A stretch of DNA of 64,000 nt from an uncultured bacterium (GCA_963832795.1 CAWHVJ010000012.1:59095-123094); one strand, 5' to 3'; numbered from the stretch's first letter, positions 1 to 11,983 are shown. Made by a program: numbers and translations. Notes: generated by a model not told the origin, from the sequence alone.

Positions 1-533
1 CGATGTCCGTCGCGATCGCGCCAAGCATCACCCACGGCCCGAACCCGGGCACCAGCAACATGGTCGACTTCCCCAGCCAACCCATTCCCGCCGCTGCCGC
101 CAGTGGCCGCTCGAGCAGCGGCCCGTAGTCGACCGTTGGGCGCGCGCTCCCGCCCAATTCCTCGCGGATAACCCGCGCCATGCGCCGCAGCTTCTTCTCG
201 AAGACGCGGTGGTAGTCGCGTCCCTGCGCGTATCGCGCCACCCGACCGCGCGACGCCCCAGTCTCCGCGGAGCGATCAGTCGCTGCGGGCGCCCCGTATG
301 GCAGACCGACCAGCACCACCGATCGGGCGCCGGCCAGGAAGGTCCGTGGGTCGGTGGCGCGCTCCAGCCACTCGTCCGTGATCCAGTCCATGCCGTCGAG
401 CAGGCCCTGCGCCCACCGCTCGTGCGCCGCCTCGGCCACCTCGCGGATCGGGGCCGCGTTGGCGAAGCGCACGAACGGGAATCCCTCTGCCGCGGCCAGT
501 TCACGGATTCGCGCGCCAGGATCGGCTGTCATC
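1..533 (-). CDS. queG: epoxyqueuosine reductase QueG, N-terminal part (C-terminus beyond window start)
   Basis: My own minus-strand translation from ATG 533 reads MTADPGARIRELAAAEGFPFV...GMDWITDEW...VARYAQGRDYHRVFEKKLRRMARVI...GWLGKSTMLLVPGFGPWVMLGAI, matching QueG N-terminal conserved blocks. There is no stop before the window edge. Confidence 0.6.
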
Positions 534-554
534 TCGCTCACACGCCGACGTCGA

Positions 555-1053
555 TCAGGTTCGCCTGGATACGTGCCCTCGATGAATCGGTCCCAGCGCA
601 GACGCGAGCGCCCTCGGCGCGAACCAATCGGCCGACGCTGCGATCTCGGCGACGCTCCACCATCGATACTCCGGCATCAAGTCCCGCTCCATCGTGGTTT
701 GGTTCGTGAGGACGACCTCCGGAGCGTTCACGCGGGCGACATAGAAGCGCTCATGTTGCTCGATGACGTAGTCGAGCCACAGGTTCGTGTGCGAGCGCGT
801 CCAAACGCACGGGCTGAGCACCGCGCCGGAGCCCGGTCTCCTCCCAGAGCTCCCGCGCTGCGGCCTCTTCGTGCGTCTCGCCCGGTTCGAGCCCGCCACC
901 CGGCGGGATCCAGACTTCCCGCAGCACCCCGTCGGCGGGCGTGTAGCGGAAGAGGAACAGCAGCACCCGCGATCGGTCGTCGATGACCAGGACGCGTGCG
1001 GCATGCCGGACGACGGTGCGTCGTTGCCCGGCTTCTGCCTGTTCGCTCGTCAT
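555..1053 (-). pseudogene. NUDIX hydrolase with an apparent frameshift near 790-830
   Basis: The Nudix box GGGLEPGETHEEAAARELWEETGL is in the frame starting at ATG 1053. The typical C-terminal block HTNLWLDYVIEQHERFYVARVN continues only in a second frame that ends at 555. Confidence 0.5.
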
Positions 1054-1091
1054 GCGACCAGCGTACCGCAGCCGCTCCGGGCTGCGGGCGC

Positions 1092-1808
1092 CTAAAACTG
1101 AAGCTCGATGCGGCGAAACCGCTCCAGGTACCGGCCGTCCTCTGACTTCCAGCTCTCCCGCGCGAAGTTGACGAAGTCCTCGTTCCCACCGAACTGGGTG
1201 ACGTGCGCCATCAGCGCATGGATCTTCATGTCCACGCGCTGGCTGATGTCGACGTCGAAGTTGGGCTGGTTCGTGCTCCACAGCAGCACTTCGCGCACCT
1301 TGTGTGGCTCCAGGCCTTCGGCCAGGTGCTCGGGGAAGTTCAGGTGGTCGCGCGCTGTCGGGTAGACCGCATCGAGTGCCGCTGTCCCTGCCGCTCGATG
1401 GTCCGGGTGGTTGATGAAGCTATCGCGGATGATGATGTCCGTGGGGTCGTGCGTCAGTACCGTGTGCGGACGCAGCATGCGGATGTGTCTGACGAGCTGT
1501 TCGAGGAAACGCCGGTCGTAGACGAGCTCACCGTCTTCGTTGTCGAGGAAGTACGCGTCGCGCGCGCCCATTCGCCGGCACGCTTCCCGCTGCTCTTCCC
1601 GCCGCAGAGCGATCAACCGCTCGCGGAGCATCTCGCGGTCGGCCGTTCCCTTGGCGCCGTTCGTGCAGACCAGGAAATAGACGTCCCAGCCGCGCTCGGC
1701 GAGATCCGCCGTGTAGCCAGCGCAGCCAAAGTCGCCGTCGTCGGGGTGCGCGGCGATAACGAGCGCGACACGCTCGCCCGGTGACGTCGATTCGGCCTTG
1801 TCGGTCAT
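1092..1808 (-). CDS. PIG-L/LmbE family N-acetylglucosaminyl deacetylase
   Basis: The N-terminal AHPDDGDFGCAG motif (AHPDDE signature) is present in a 238-aa protein. Confidence 0.8.
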   Translation of the reverse strand: MTDKAESTSPGERVALVIAAHPDDGDFGCAGYTADLAERGWDVYFLVCTNGAKGTADREMLRERLIALRREEQREACRRMGARDAYFLDNEDGELVYDRRFLEQLVRHIRMLRPHTVLTHDPTDIIIRDSFINHPDHRAAGTAALDAVYPTARDHLNFPEHLAEGLEPHKVREVLLWSTNQPNFDVDISQRVDMKIHALMAHVTQFGGNEDFVNFARESWKSEDGRYLERFRRIELQF

Positions 1809-1910
1809 AAGCTGGCTACCAATCGTGCACGGGACGCCCGAGCTCCTGCAAGCCGTGACAGTGTTCGGAACAGATTTGACGATAACCCGCTCGCCTTGTT
1901 AATGTTGCGG

Positions 1911-1924
1911 CGAACATTCGTTCG
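1911..1924. promoter_or_regulatory. LexA operator (Cheo/SOS box CGAACATTCGTTCG)
   Basis: A GAAC-N4-GTTC palindrome lies 14 nt upstream of the lexA GTG start, between the divergent PIG-L and lexA genes. Confidence 0.7.
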
Positions 1925-1937
1925 GAGGCCGCCTAAC

Positions 1938-2576
1938 GTGAAAGAACTCGCCGGGAAGCAACAGCAGATCCTGGAGTTCCTGCGGACGTTTATCGAGGAC
2001 AAGGATTACCCGCCGAGTATTCGCGACATCCAGGAAGGCTGCGGCATCAGCAGCACGTCCGTTGTCGACTACAACCTCCGAAAGCTCGAAGAGAAGAATT
2101 ACATCCGGCGCGACCGCGAAGTTTCGCGTGGCATAGAGATCCTTGGCTCCCGCGGGCGCCGGCCACGCATCGTCGAAGTCCCGGTTCTCGGCACCATCGC
2201 CGCCGGGCAGCCGATCCCCGTCCCGACCAGCGAACGCTGGAGCAACGACACCGAGGACACCGTCTCCGTCACCGAGGACATGGTGAAGGGCCGCCCCAAC
2301 GTCTTTGCGCTGCGCGTCAAGGGCACCTCGATGATCGAGGACCTCATCGACGACGGCGACATCGTCTTCCTTGAGCCGGCACGCGCGGCTAACGACGGGG
2401 AGAAGGTGGCGGTCTGGCTCAAGGACCGCGGCGAGGTCACCCTGAAGCGCTTTTACCATGAGGGCAACCGCGTGCGACTCCAGCCCGCCAACAGTACGAT
2501 GAAGCCGATCTACACCACGCCCGACAACGTAGAAATCCAGGGCAGGTTCATTTCGTCGCTACGCCCGAGCGACTAG
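1938..2576 (+). CDS. lexA: LexA repressor
   Basis: A winged-HTH N-terminus is followed by the AAGQPI cleavage region and an S24 peptidase domain (KGTSMIEDLIDDGDIVFLE). GTG 1938 has a GGAGG RBS, and the ATG-1896 extension would overlap the SOS box. Confidence 0.85.
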   Translation: MKELAGKQQQILEFLRTFIEDKDYPPSIRDIQEGCGISSTSVVDYNLRKLEEKNYIRRDREVSRGIEILGSRGRRPRIVEVPVLGTIAAGQPIPVPTSERWSNDTEDTVSVTEDMVKGRPNVFALRVKGTSMIEDLIDDGDIVFLEPARAANDGEKVAVWLKDRGEVTLKRFYHEGNRVRLQPANSTMKPIYTTPDNVEIQGRFISSLRPSD

Positions 2577-2639
2577 CGAGCTCCATCCGACACGTGTTCG
2601 CGGGGCCGCCACCGGCCCCGTTTCTCTTCCTGGATTGAG

Positions 2640-3623
2640 ATGACTGCTCCGAGCATCAGCGTCCGCAACCTCACCATCCGCTACCGGACGAAAGAGTCGA
2701 CCGTCTACGCGGTCGAAAATGTCTCCTTCGAGCTTCCCCCGGGCAAGGTGCTGGCGCTGGTCGGTGAATCCGGAGCCGGGAAAACAACGGCGGCGATGTC
2801 GGTGCTCCGTCTGCTGCCGCAAGAAGCCGAGGTGCTCTCCGGCGAGGTCCTCTTCGAAGGCGAAGACCTTCTCGCTATGGACGAGCGCGCGCTTCGCACC
2901 GTGCGCGGCCGGCGTATCGCGATGATCTTCCAGGACCCGGTAGCGGGTCTGAACCCCGTGCTCAGCATCGGCAGCCAGGTGGCGGAGATGCTCACGAGCC
3001 ACCAGCGTCTCGGGAAGAAGGATGCCCAGCGGGCCGCGCTACAGATCCTCAAGGATGTCGGTCTCTCCGACCCTGAGCGCGTGGCCAAAGCGTACCCGTT
3101 TCAGCTCTCCGGCGGCATGTGCCAGCGTGTCATGATCGGCATCGCGACCGCGCTCAATCCCTCCGTCATCATCGCTGACGAACCAACGAGCGCTCTCGAC
3201 GTCACCATCCAGGCGCAGATCCTGCACCAGCTCGCGGAGATGCGGTCCGAACGAGGCACCGCGATCCTCCTCATCACCCACGACTTCGGTGTGGTCGCTC
3301 AGCTCGCGGACGACGTGGCGGTGATGTACGGCGGCCGTATCGTCGAGCAAGGCAACGTGATGGAGATGCTCCGGGCTCCGCTCCATCCTTATACTCATGC
3401 GCTGCTGGCGACGCTGCCACGCGTCGATGGCGGCCACGGGCACCTGCCGGCGATCCCCGGCCATCCCCCGGAGCTTGGCGAACCGTCGGACCACTGCCCG
3501 TTCCTCCCCCGCTGCACGAAGGCGCTGACCGTCTGCCGCACCGACGCGCCACCCCCGCTCGAGATGGACGCCGAGGGCCGCCACCCGGTCGCCTGCTACA
3601 ACCCGGTGTGGCGCGTGGACTGA
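2640..3623 (+). CDS. ABC transporter ATP-binding protein (DppD/OppD-like, orphan)
   Basis: Walker A GESGAGKT, signature LSGGMCQR, Walker B IIADEP and the C-terminal oligopeptide-ATPase tail are present. No permease is adjacent. Confidence 0.8.
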   Translation: MTAPSISVRNLTIRYRTKESTVYAVENVSFELPPGKVLALVGESGAGKTTAAMSVLRLLPQEAEVLSGEVLFEGEDLLAMDERALRTVRGRRIAMIFQDPVAGLNPVLSIGSQVAEMLTSHQRLGKKDAQRAALQILKDVGLSDPERVAKAYPFQLSGGMCQRVMIGIATALNPSVIIADEPTSALDVTIQAQILHQLAEMRSERGTAILLITHDFGVVAQLADDVAVMYGGRIVEQGNVMEMLRAPLHPYTHALLATLPRVDGGHGHLPAIPGHPPELGEPSDHCPFLPRCTKALTVCRTDAPPPLEMDAEGRHPVACYNPVWRVD

Positions 3624-4163
3624 CTACTGCCAGAGCATCGTCGCGCGCGCTGCGTCCTGCTCGCGCGCGCTCTTGGCCGCCCAATCTTCGAGGAACCCCT
3701 GTGGCAGCACCGCCCGCGCCGCGGGCCAGCTCAGCGGATCGCCTCCCTGGAGCTCGGCGCGGTCCTGCACCGCACAAAGGAACGCCGTGGAATCGCCGAG
3801 GTGGTAGGACCGGATGAGCGCCGCGCGCAGGTATCCGACTCCGGCATCGAAAATGGGGTCTCCCTCAGGCGTTTCGCTGAAGTCGATGCCTTCAAGCTTG
3901 GACGCGTCACGACCGCTCTGTAGGCCGAGGGGTCGCAGAAGTCCTGCCTGCGACTGCGACAGCACCGTGATCGCCATCGTGCCGCTCTCGCTCACGAGCT
4001 CCGTCGTGTAGTTCGTGTTGGAAAGTACCACCAGCAAGCGTGGTCGCTCGGGCACGATGGACGCCCCGAAGACCGAAACGCAGATCTGCGCGTTGGGACC
4101 CCGGCTGCCGTGACTCCCGACCGCACAGAGCGGCGCCCAGAAGTGGGAGAGCAGTTCTGCCAT
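3624..4163 (-). CDS. flavin reductase-like domain protein
   Basis: 179 aa with a CVSVFGASIVPERPRLLVVL...ITVLSQSQAGL pattern resembling FMN-binding flavin reductase (HpaC-like) split-barrel proteins. Confidence 0.45.
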   Translation of the reverse strand: MAELLSHFWAPLCAVGSHGSRGPNAQICVSVFGASIVPERPRLLVVLSNTNYTTELVSESGTMAITVLSQSQAGLLRPLGLQSGRDASKLEGIDFSETPEGDPIFDAGVGYLRAALIRSYHLGDSTAFLCAVQDRAELQGGDPLSWPAARAVLPQGFLEDWAAKSAREQDAARATMLWQ

Positions 4164-4231
4164 CTCGGCTCACTCTACGCGATGCACATTCCGTCATCGA
4201 CAATCAGCGAGCGAGCGGGGACAATCTGCCC

Positions 4232-4573
4232 ATGCCCGATTGCCTCTTCTGCCGTATGGCAGCCGGCGAAGTGCCCGTCGAAAAGATCGCTCAAAACGAG
4301 CACGCCTTCGCCATTCGCGATATCAATCCCCGCGCACCCGTCCACGCGCTCGTCATCCCCAAGACCCACGTTGCCACCGCCCGCGAGTTCGAATGGACTC
4401 ACGGCGATCTGCTCGCGGGAATGTTCATGCTTTCCCGCGACGTGGCGAAACTCGAAGGCGTCGCCGACGGCGGCTACCGGCTGGCGTTCAACGTTGGCGA
4501 CAACGCCGGTATGACCATCCCCCATCTGCACCTGCACCTTCTCGGCGGCCGCAAGCTCGGGCCGGAGGGCTGA
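4232..4573 (+). CDS. HIT family protein (histidine triad nucleotide hydrolase)
   Basis: HLHLHLLGG histidine triad. Internal ATG 4232 (MPDCLFCR) is the likely start. Confidence 0.8.
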   Translation: MPDCLFCRMAAGEVPVEKIAQNEHAFAIRDINPRAPVHALVIPKTHVATAREFEWTHGDLLAGMFMLSRDVAKLEGVADGGYRLAFNVGDNAGMTIPHLHLHLLGGRKLGPEG

Positions 4574-4588
4574 CGCCTTCCGTTCGAA

Positions 4589-5266
4589 ATGAGCCAGCGG
4601 ATACGGCACCAAATTGAGGCGCTCCAGCGCGAGTTCGTGTCGCGGCCCGCAGGTCTCCGCCGCCATGTGGAGCGCGTCCTGGTCGAGGCGCTTGACCTCG
4701 CCCGCCGCTTCGATGTCGACGGCGACCGCGTCGAGCTCGCTGTCTGGGGCCACGATCTCTTTCGCGCGCATGCGCCGGCCGAACTGCTCGCGCTGGCCCG
4801 CGAGGCCGGAGTGCCCATCGCTCCCGAGGATGAGGCGGAACCGGTGCTCCTGCACGGACCCATCGCGGCCGTCGTCCTGCGCGAACGCTTCGCCGTCACG
4901 GATGATGACGCGATCGCAGCCGTCCGCGACCACACGCTCGGGCTCGCCGAGATGCCGATCATTGCCAAGGTCATCCTCATCGCCGACAAGGTCGAGGAGC
5001 GGAAGCGCCGCCGCACGCCTGCCATGTCCGGGATTCGCCGCCTCGCCCGCCGCGATCTCGATACGGCGCTGCTCTGCTGGGCCGACTGGAAGTGGATAGA
5101 GGAACGCGAGCACGAGTGGAACAGCCACCCCGTGCACTGGGCCGCCCGTACGGCCTGGGTCCGCGAGCACCACGTAGATATGGCACTGCCGCCGCGTGAG
5201 CCGGCAGTGCCCGTAAGATCTCTAGGGAATCTTCAGCTCCTGCCCTACCTGGATGGCGAGGCATGA
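4589..5266 (+). CDS. HD-domain phosphohydrolase (YqeK-like)
   Basis: HD-superfamily pattern (VWGHDLFRAH ... DHTLG ... IADKV) in 225 aa. Confidence 0.55.
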   Translation: MSQRIRHQIEALQREFVSRPAGLRRHVERVLVEALDLARRFDVDGDRVELAVWGHDLFRAHAPAELLALAREAGVPIAPEDEAEPVLLHGPIAAVVLRERFAVTDDDAIAAVRDHTLGLAEMPIIAKVILIADKVEERKRRRTPAMSGIRRLARRDLDTALLCWADWKWIEEREHEWNSHPVHWAARTAWVREHHVDMALPPREPAVPVRSLGNLQLLPYLDGEA

Positions 5267-6235
5267 GGCGTCGGTGAGGTTGTTCGCGTCTTCCAGCGCC
5301 TTCAGCGTCACGCCGTGCGCGTCGGCAATCGCACCGCACGTGTCGCCCGATTGCACCACGTACGTCTTCGCGCCGCCAGGCGTCGTCGAGGCCTTCGGGG
5401 TAGTGTTCGCGGTCTGGCTTGCGCCCGGAGTCTGGTTGGCGCCGGGCGTCTGGTTCGCACCCGGTGTTTGCCCCGCAGGCTGCGTCGACTGCCCACCCTG
5501 CGCCGCCTGCGTCTTCTGGGCCGTCGTCGTTCGCACCTGGTCCGCGGGCGAGATCGAATTCCCGCTGCCGTTGTCCACGAGCTGGTTCACGGCGAATGCA
5601 AGCCCGATCACCACGAGTGCGAGCGCGAAGAGCCCGATCGTCGCAACCGGCATGCTCACTCCCCCCGAGCGCGGGCGCGGGCCGATGGCTCCGGCATTCG
5701 GTCGTCGAGCGCCGCTGCGCGGGGTCTGCGCGCCGCCAGGCCGCGGGCCACGCACCGGCTGCGCTTCTCCCGGGGCGGGTGGCCGCGTCGCCGTTTGCGT
5801 CGCCCCCGGCCGCGGCATGCGTGGCGCCGGTGCGGCTGTTGCGGCCGCCGCGGCAGCTGGTGCGGCCGCGCCCGGTACGCCCTCGCCGAGGTAGACCGGG
5901 CAGCTCACATGGTTGGCGCCGAGGCAGTACGTCTCCTGGTGCCCCGTCGCGATGCGCGTCGGGTTTGGCAGCCGGTAGCAGCGATGCGCTTCGGTCGCGT
6001 ACGTGGCGTGCGAGTCGGCGTCATCGGCCAACCCCAGGTACGGGCACACGGCCCCGTATTCCTCTTGGCCAGGTTGCAAGGTCACAAGCGCTCCTGTCCC
6101 CAGAGCTGACGCATCGGAAGCCCGAGCGCCTGACGCCCCCGAATACGCAGGAGCGCCTGGTTCGCCACCAACGGTATGGTGGCACGCGAAATCGGGTCGG
6201 GCAATGCGCCTATTAAGGCCGGAGGTGCGATGCAA
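5222..6235 (-). CDS. LysM domain membrane protein with a Cys/His-rich N-terminal region and Pro/Thr/Gln repeats
   Basis: C-terminal LysM (YVVQSGDTCGAIADAHGVTLKALEDANNL...QELKIP), a TM segment (IGLFALALVVIGLAF) and TPGANQ tandem repeats are present. The start is uncertain. Confidence 0.6.
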   Translation of the reverse strand: MHRTSGLNRRIARPDFACHHTVGGEPGAPAYSGASGARASDASALGTGALVTLQPGQEEYGAVCPYLGLADDADSHATYATEAHRCYRLPNPTRIATGHQETYCLGANHVSCPVYLGEGVPGAAAPAAAAAATAAPAPRMPRPGATQTATRPPAPGEAQPVRGPRPGGAQTPRSGARRPNAGAIGPRPRSGGVSMPVATIGLFALALVVIGLAFAVNQLVDNGSGNSISPADQVRTTTAQKTQAAQGGQSTQPAGQTPGANQTPGANQTPGASQTANTTPKASTTPGGAKTYVVQSGDTCGAIADAHGVTLKALEDANNLTDASCLAIQVGQELKIP

Positions 6236-6487
6236 CGGCGGGAATTAAAGAAGCCGCCCCATCGGGACGGCTTCGCAGTTGCGGCGGGCAGCCTCGCCGC
6301 CGCACGACGTCAGGATGCGTGGCCCGATCTGCTCGGGCCACGCCCCCAACTGCGACGGGGAGGACAATGTCGCCTGGCTGCCTTTGGTCAGGAGGCTGCC
6401 TACCAGCACATTCGACCGTGCGCGGGTGCGAGGGCAGGTTGCGCGGCCGGGCGAATGGGTAGCAATCCGGTGCAGGTCGCATAACGG

Positions 6488-7048
6488 CTATGCCGCGGGC
6501 CAGTCACGCGCATTCCGCAGCCGCACCCCGGAGGCGTGCAGCGTCGAATCCCAGGCGCCCCGCAGTGCCGTGAGGGAGGACATCAGACGCAACTCCACGT
6601 CGGCCTCCCGGAGCGCGTCGAGTAAATCACCCACGGCCTCGACGCTCCTCGGCACGACCGTTTGCTCGCTCAGCCACGTTCCGGGACTGGCATTCTCGCC
6701 GTCCAGCCGCCGAAACGGCGTCGAATCGAACGTATAACGGTAGAGCGCGGCCGAACGCATTCGTTCGAGCCACTCCCATTCAATAGCCGCGATATACGTG
6801 GCCTTGCTCGCTCCGAACCAGCGCTGCAGGTCGGCGTCCGTCGTGCCCGGCAGCCGCCACAACATGATTCGCGGGCAATCGCGCGGGAAGTAGTAAAGGG
6901 GCGAGTGCCAGCCGTCGATCGCCCATACCACGCGCGCCTCGGCAGGAACCGGCGCCAAGGAGCCCGGCAATCCCGGTGCGCGGGCCGGGGGTTGCCGCGG
7001 CACAAATGCGCGAATATCCGGTTCTTCGCTGTAGTGAAACAAGTCCAT
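6488..7048 (-). CDS. hypothetical protein
   Basis: 186-aa ORF with coding-like composition and no recognised domain. Confidence 0.4.
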   Translation of the reverse strand: MDLFHYSEEPDIRAFVPRQPPARAPGLPGSLAPVPAEARVVWAIDGWHSPLYYFPRDCPRIMLWRLPGTTDADLQRWFGASKATYIAAIEWEWLERMRSAALYRYTFDSTPFRRLDGENASPGTWLSEQTVVPRSVEAVGDLLDALREADVELRLMSSLTALRGAWDSTLHASGVRLRNARDWPAA

Positions 7049-7354
7049 GGCGGCGAAAATACTGGCGAACCGCCCGGCTACGCAGAAGCGGCGTTTGTTG
7101 ACTGTGGTGCCCCTTATGGTACTCTTCTCGTTCGGCGCTTATTGACTGGCCCGCTTTTAAAGTCGGCAGGTCGCGAAGCTGAGTGCTTGAAGACGGTCCC
7201 GCGTCAGAATCGAGACACGGGGCGCTGTTCACGAACAGGCTTTTCGGCCTGTTTTCGTGCCCGAAATTCCATACCACAGGCGAGCTTCCCTTCGGAGGCA
7301 GTGCCTCCATGTCGGGATCCGTCCCGCAGCACCGAAACCAGAGGGGACGCAGGA

Positions 7355-7792
7355 ATGCCGACCATCAACCAACTGGTCCGAAAGGGCCGCACGCCGAAAG
7401 GCAAGAAGTCCGGCGCTCCGGCGCTGCTGTTCAGCTTTAACTCCCACACGGGCCGCTTGCGCCGTCTGGAAGGGAAGGGCTCCCCGCAGAAGCGTGGTGT
7501 CTGCACCCAGGTTCGAACGCAGACGCCAAAGAAACCGAACTCCGCGCTCCGCAAGGTTGCGCGCGTGCGCCTCACGAACGGCATCGAAGTCACGGCCTAC
7601 ATCCCCGGTGAGGGCCATAGCCTCCAGGAGCACTCGGTGGTTCTTGTGCGCGGTGGGCGCGTGAAGGACCTCCCGGGCGTTCGCTACCACATCGTTCGCG
7701 GCGCCCTCGACGCAACCGGCGTCAACAACCGCAAGCAGGGACGCAGCAAGTACGGCACTCGTAAGAATGCCCAGCCGGCAGGCCGCCGCTAG
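7355..7792 (+). CDS. rpsL: 30S ribosomal protein S12
   Basis: [12 protein letters not shown]...[10 protein letters not shown]...[31 protein letters not shown]. Confidence 0.95.
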   Translation: MPTINQLVRKGRTPKGKKSGAPALLFSFNSHTGRLRRLEGKGSPQKRGVCTQVRTQTPKKPNSALRKVARVRLTNGIEVTAYIPGEGHSLQEHSVVLVRGGRVKDLPGVRYHIVRGALDATGVNNRKQGRSKYGTRKNAQPAGRR

Positions 7793-7833
7793 CCGCGCGC
7801 GTCCAACCTACGGAATAACACGGAGTCTGACGC

Positions 7834-8304
7834 ATGGCGCGACGCAACCGACCTGAAAAGCGACCTATCCCGCCCGATGCCCGTTACACCAACGTGCAGG
7901 TGCAGGTGCTGATCAACAAGTTGATGACGCGCGGCAAAAAGAGCACGTCGGAACGCGTCGTGTACGGCGCGTTCGATCGCATCCAGGGCCAGACCGGCCG
8001 CGACCCGCTGGACGTCTTCCAGCAGGCCGTTCGCAACACGACGCCGGTCCTTGAAGTGAAGCCCCGCCGCGTTGGCGGCGCCACCTACCAGGTGCCGGTT
8101 GAGATCCGGCCGGACCGCCGGCTCGCGCTTTCCATGCGCTGGCTGCTCGGTTCCGCACGCAGCCGTGGCGGCCGTTCCATGTCGGAACGCCTCGCCGCGG
8201 AACTCCTTGATGCGGCCAACAACACCGGCGCCGCCATCAAGAAGCGTGACGATACGCATCGCATGGCCGAGGCCAACCGGGCCTTCGTCCACTACCGCTG
8301 GTAA
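7834..8304 (+). CDS. rpsG: 30S ribosomal protein S7
   Basis: The 156-aa sequence matches S7 conserved blocks. Confidence 0.95.
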   Translation: MARRNRPEKRPIPPDARYTNVQVQVLINKLMTRGKKSTSERVVYGAFDRIQGQTGRDPLDVFQQAVRNTTPVLEVKPRRVGGATYQVPVEIRPDRRLALSMRWLLGSARSRGGRSMSERLAAELLDAANNTGAAIKKRDDTHRMAEANRAFVHYRW

Positions 8305-8331
8305 GCCGGTTTAGGAAGTCACAGGAGCCTC

Positions 8332-10407
8332 ATGCCTCGCGCAACTGACATCGAACGCATCCGGAACATCGGGATCATTGCCCACATCGATGCGGGCAAG
8401 ACGACCGTGACCGAACGCGTCCTCTTTTATACCGGCCGAACCTACAAGATCGGCGAAGTCCACGAGGGCAGCGCCACCATGGACTGGATGGAGCAGGAGC
8501 GGGAGCGCGGCATCACCATTACCTCCGCCGCCACTACCGCCGAGTGGAACGAACACTCCATCAACATCATCGACACCCCCGGCCACGTGGACTTCACCGC
8601 CGAGGTGGAGCGAAGTCTTCGTGTCCTGGACGGTGGCGTTGTCTGCTTCGACTCCGTCGCCGGCGTCGAACCTCAGTCCGAAACCGTGTGGCGCCAGGCC
8701 GACCGCTACGGCGTTCCCCGCATCTGCTTCGTCAACAAGATGGACCGCGTCGGCGCGGACTTCCAGCGCACGATCGACATGATGGTCGACCGGCTTGGCG
8801 CGAACCCCGTGCCGATCCAGATCCCGGTCGGCGTCGAGTCCGAGTTCGACGGCTGCATCGACCTGGTCGAGATGTGCTGGTGGTTCTTCGCCGGAGACAA
8901 GGGCGACAAGCCCGAGCGCCGCGACATCCCCGCCAACATGCTCGAGGCCGCCGCGGCCGCTCGCGAGAAACTCGTCGAGGGCATCGGCAACGTCGACGAC
9001 CAGATCGCCATCAGCTATCTCGAAGGCCATGAGATCAACGCCCACGAGCTGAAGACGGCGATTCGGCGGGCGACGCTGGCGAGCCTCTGCACCCCCGTGC
9101 TCTGCGGCTCGGCCCTCAAGAACAAGGGTGTCCAGCTGCTCCTCGACGCCGTCGTTGACTACCTGCCCAGCCCGATTGACATCCCGCCGGTGAAGGGCAC
9201 GGATCCCAAGCACGGTGGCGAGGTGGAGCGCAAGGCGAGCGACAGCGAGCCACTCAGCGCGATTGCCTTCAAAATTGTCACCGACCCGTACGTCGGGCGC
9301 CTGGCGTACTTCCGCGTCTACAGCGGGGTCCTCAAGGCCGGCGAGAACATCTACAACTCGACCAAGGGTGAGCGCGAGCGCATCGGCCGCGTTCTGCGAA
9401 TGCATGCCAACCAGCGCGAAGAGGTCGATGCGATCTACGCGGGTGGTATCGCTGCCGCTGTCGGTCTCAAGAAGACGTTCACCGGCGACACCCTCTGTGA
9501 TCAGGATCACCCGGTCGTGCTGGAGAACATCCAGTTCCCGGAGCCGGTAATCCGCGTGGCTCTCGAGCCGAAGAGCAAGGACGACCAGGACAAGATGGGC
9601 GACTCGCTCATGAAGATGAGCGAAGAGGACCCCACCTTTCACTGGACCTTCGACGAAGAGAGCGGCCAGACGCTCATCTCCGGCATGGGCGAACTGCACC
9701 TCGAGGTCATCGTCGACCGCATGCTGCGCGAGCACAAAGTGGCCGCCAACGTCGGTCGCCCACAGGTGAGCTACCGCGAGGCGATCACGAAGAAAGCCGT
9801 CGCCGAGGGCCGGTTCGTGCGCCAGAGCGGTGGCCGCGGCCAGTACGGTGTCGTCGAGCTCGAAATCGAGCCGCTCGAACGCGGCGCCGGCTTCCAGTTC
9901 GAGAACAAGGTCGTCGGTGGCTCGGTCCCGAAGGAATACGTCGGGCCTGTCATGCAGGGTGCGAAGGAAGCGCTGCAGGGCGGCGTCCTCGCCGGCTATC
10001 CGGTGCTCGACGTGAAAGTCACGCTCCTCGATGGCTCGACCCACCCGGTCGACTCCTCCGAAATGGCGTTCAAGAACGCTGGCTCGATCGGGGTCAAGGA
10101 AGCCGCCAGGAAGGCGGGCATCGTCATCCTCGAACCGATCATGAAGGTCGAAGTACGGGCGCCGGAGGATTACTTCGGCGCCGTTGTCGGTGACATCAAC
10201 AGCCGTCGCGGCATGGTGATGGGCACCGAGTCGATGGGAAAGACGCAGATCGTCCACGCCATGGTCCCGCTCGCCGAGACCTTTGGCTACTCGACCGATC
10301 TCCGTTCGCTCTCACAGGGCCGCGCGAGCTACAGCATGGAATTCGCGCAGTACGAAGAAGTTCCGAAAAATATCGCCGCCACGCTCATGAAGCAGGCGGT
10401 CGGCTAA
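8332..10407 (+). CDS. fusA: elongation factor G
   Basis: 691 aa with G-domain motifs AHIDAGKTT and DTPGHVDF. Confidence 0.95.
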   Translation: MPRATDIERIRNIGIIAHIDAGKTTVTERVLFYTGRTYKIGEVHEGSATMDWMEQERERGITITSAATTAEWNEHSINIIDTPGHVDFTAEVERSLRVLDGGVVCFDSVAGVEPQSETVWRQADRYGVPRICFVNKMDRVGADFQRTIDMMVDRLGANPVPIQIPVGVESEFDGCIDLVEMCWWFFAGDKGDKPERRDIPANMLEAAAAAREKLVEGIGNVDDQIAISYLEGHEINAHELKTAIRRATLASLCTPVLCGSALKNKGVQLLLDAVVDYLPSPIDIPPVKGTDPKHGGEVERKASDSEPLSAIAFKIVTDPYVGRLAYFRVYSGVLKAGENIYNSTKGERERIGRVLRMHANQREEVDAIYAGGIAAAVGLKKTFTGDTLCDQDHPVVLENIQFPEPVIRVALEPKSKDDQDKMGDSLMKMSEEDPTFHWTFDEESGQTLISGMGELHLEVIVDRMLREHKVAANVGRPQVSYREAITKKAVAEGRFVRQSGGRGQYGVVELEIEPLERGAGFQFENKVVGGSVPKEYVGPVMQGAKEALQGGVLAGYPVLDVKVTLLDGSTHPVDSSEMAFKNAGSIGVKEAARKAGIVILEPIMKVEVRAPEDYFGAVVGDINSRRGMVMGTESMGKTQIVHAMVPLAETFGYSTDLRSLSQGRASYSMEFAQYEEVPKNIAATLMKQAVG

Positions 10408-10439
10408 CTCACGCAGGACTAAAGGAAGGGCACAAAGCG

Positions 10440-11639
<1,200 letters not shown>

Positions 11640-11670
11640 GGCACACAGGAAGAGATAAGAGGGACGACGC

Positions 11671-11979
11671 ATGGCTCGCCAACAGATACGGATCAAGTTG
11701 AAGGCGTACGACCACCGGCTGCTCGACCAGTCGGCCCGACAGATTGTCGAGGCCGCCGAGCGGACCGGTGCGGCCGTCGCCGGACCTGTGCCGCTCCCCA
11801 CCTCCATCGACAAGTACTGCGTGCTCAAGGGCCCGCACATTCACAAGGATGCGCGCGAGCAGTTCGAAATCCGCACCCACAAGCGGCTCATCGACATCAT
11901 GGAGCCGACATCCAAGACCGTGGACACGCTTATGCGGCTGCAACTGCCGAGCGGCGTGGACATCGAGATCAAGCTGTAA
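11671..11979 (+). CDS. rpsJ: 30S ribosomal protein S10
   Basis: 102 aa: [21 protein letters not shown]... Confidence 0.95.
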   Translation: MARQQIRIKLKAYDHRLLDQSARQIVEAAERTGAAVAGPVPLPTSIDKYCVLKGPHIHKDAREQFEIRTHKRLIDIMEPTSKTVDTLMRLQLPSGVDIEIKL

Positions 11980-11983
11980 CGCC

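Noticed and set aside
28-986. ORFs 28..504(-), 209..709(+), 354..986(+)
   Set aside because: They are Arg/Ser/Pro-rich low-complexity translations, typical of wrong-frame reads of high-GC DNA. The real genes here are queG and NUDIX on the minus strand in other frames.
1861-1873. Second LexA-like site GTGTTCGGAACAG
   Set aside because: The half-sites are in GTTC-N-GAAC order with a 1-nt spacer, not the GAAC-N4-GTTC Cheo consensus.
6236-6487. 250-bp intergenic region between the LysM gene and the hypothetical gene, checked as a tRNA or ncRNA candidate
   Set aside because: No cloverleaf-compatible GTTCRA T-loop or anticodon-stem pattern, only GC-rich hairpins. Insufficient evidence to call an RNA.
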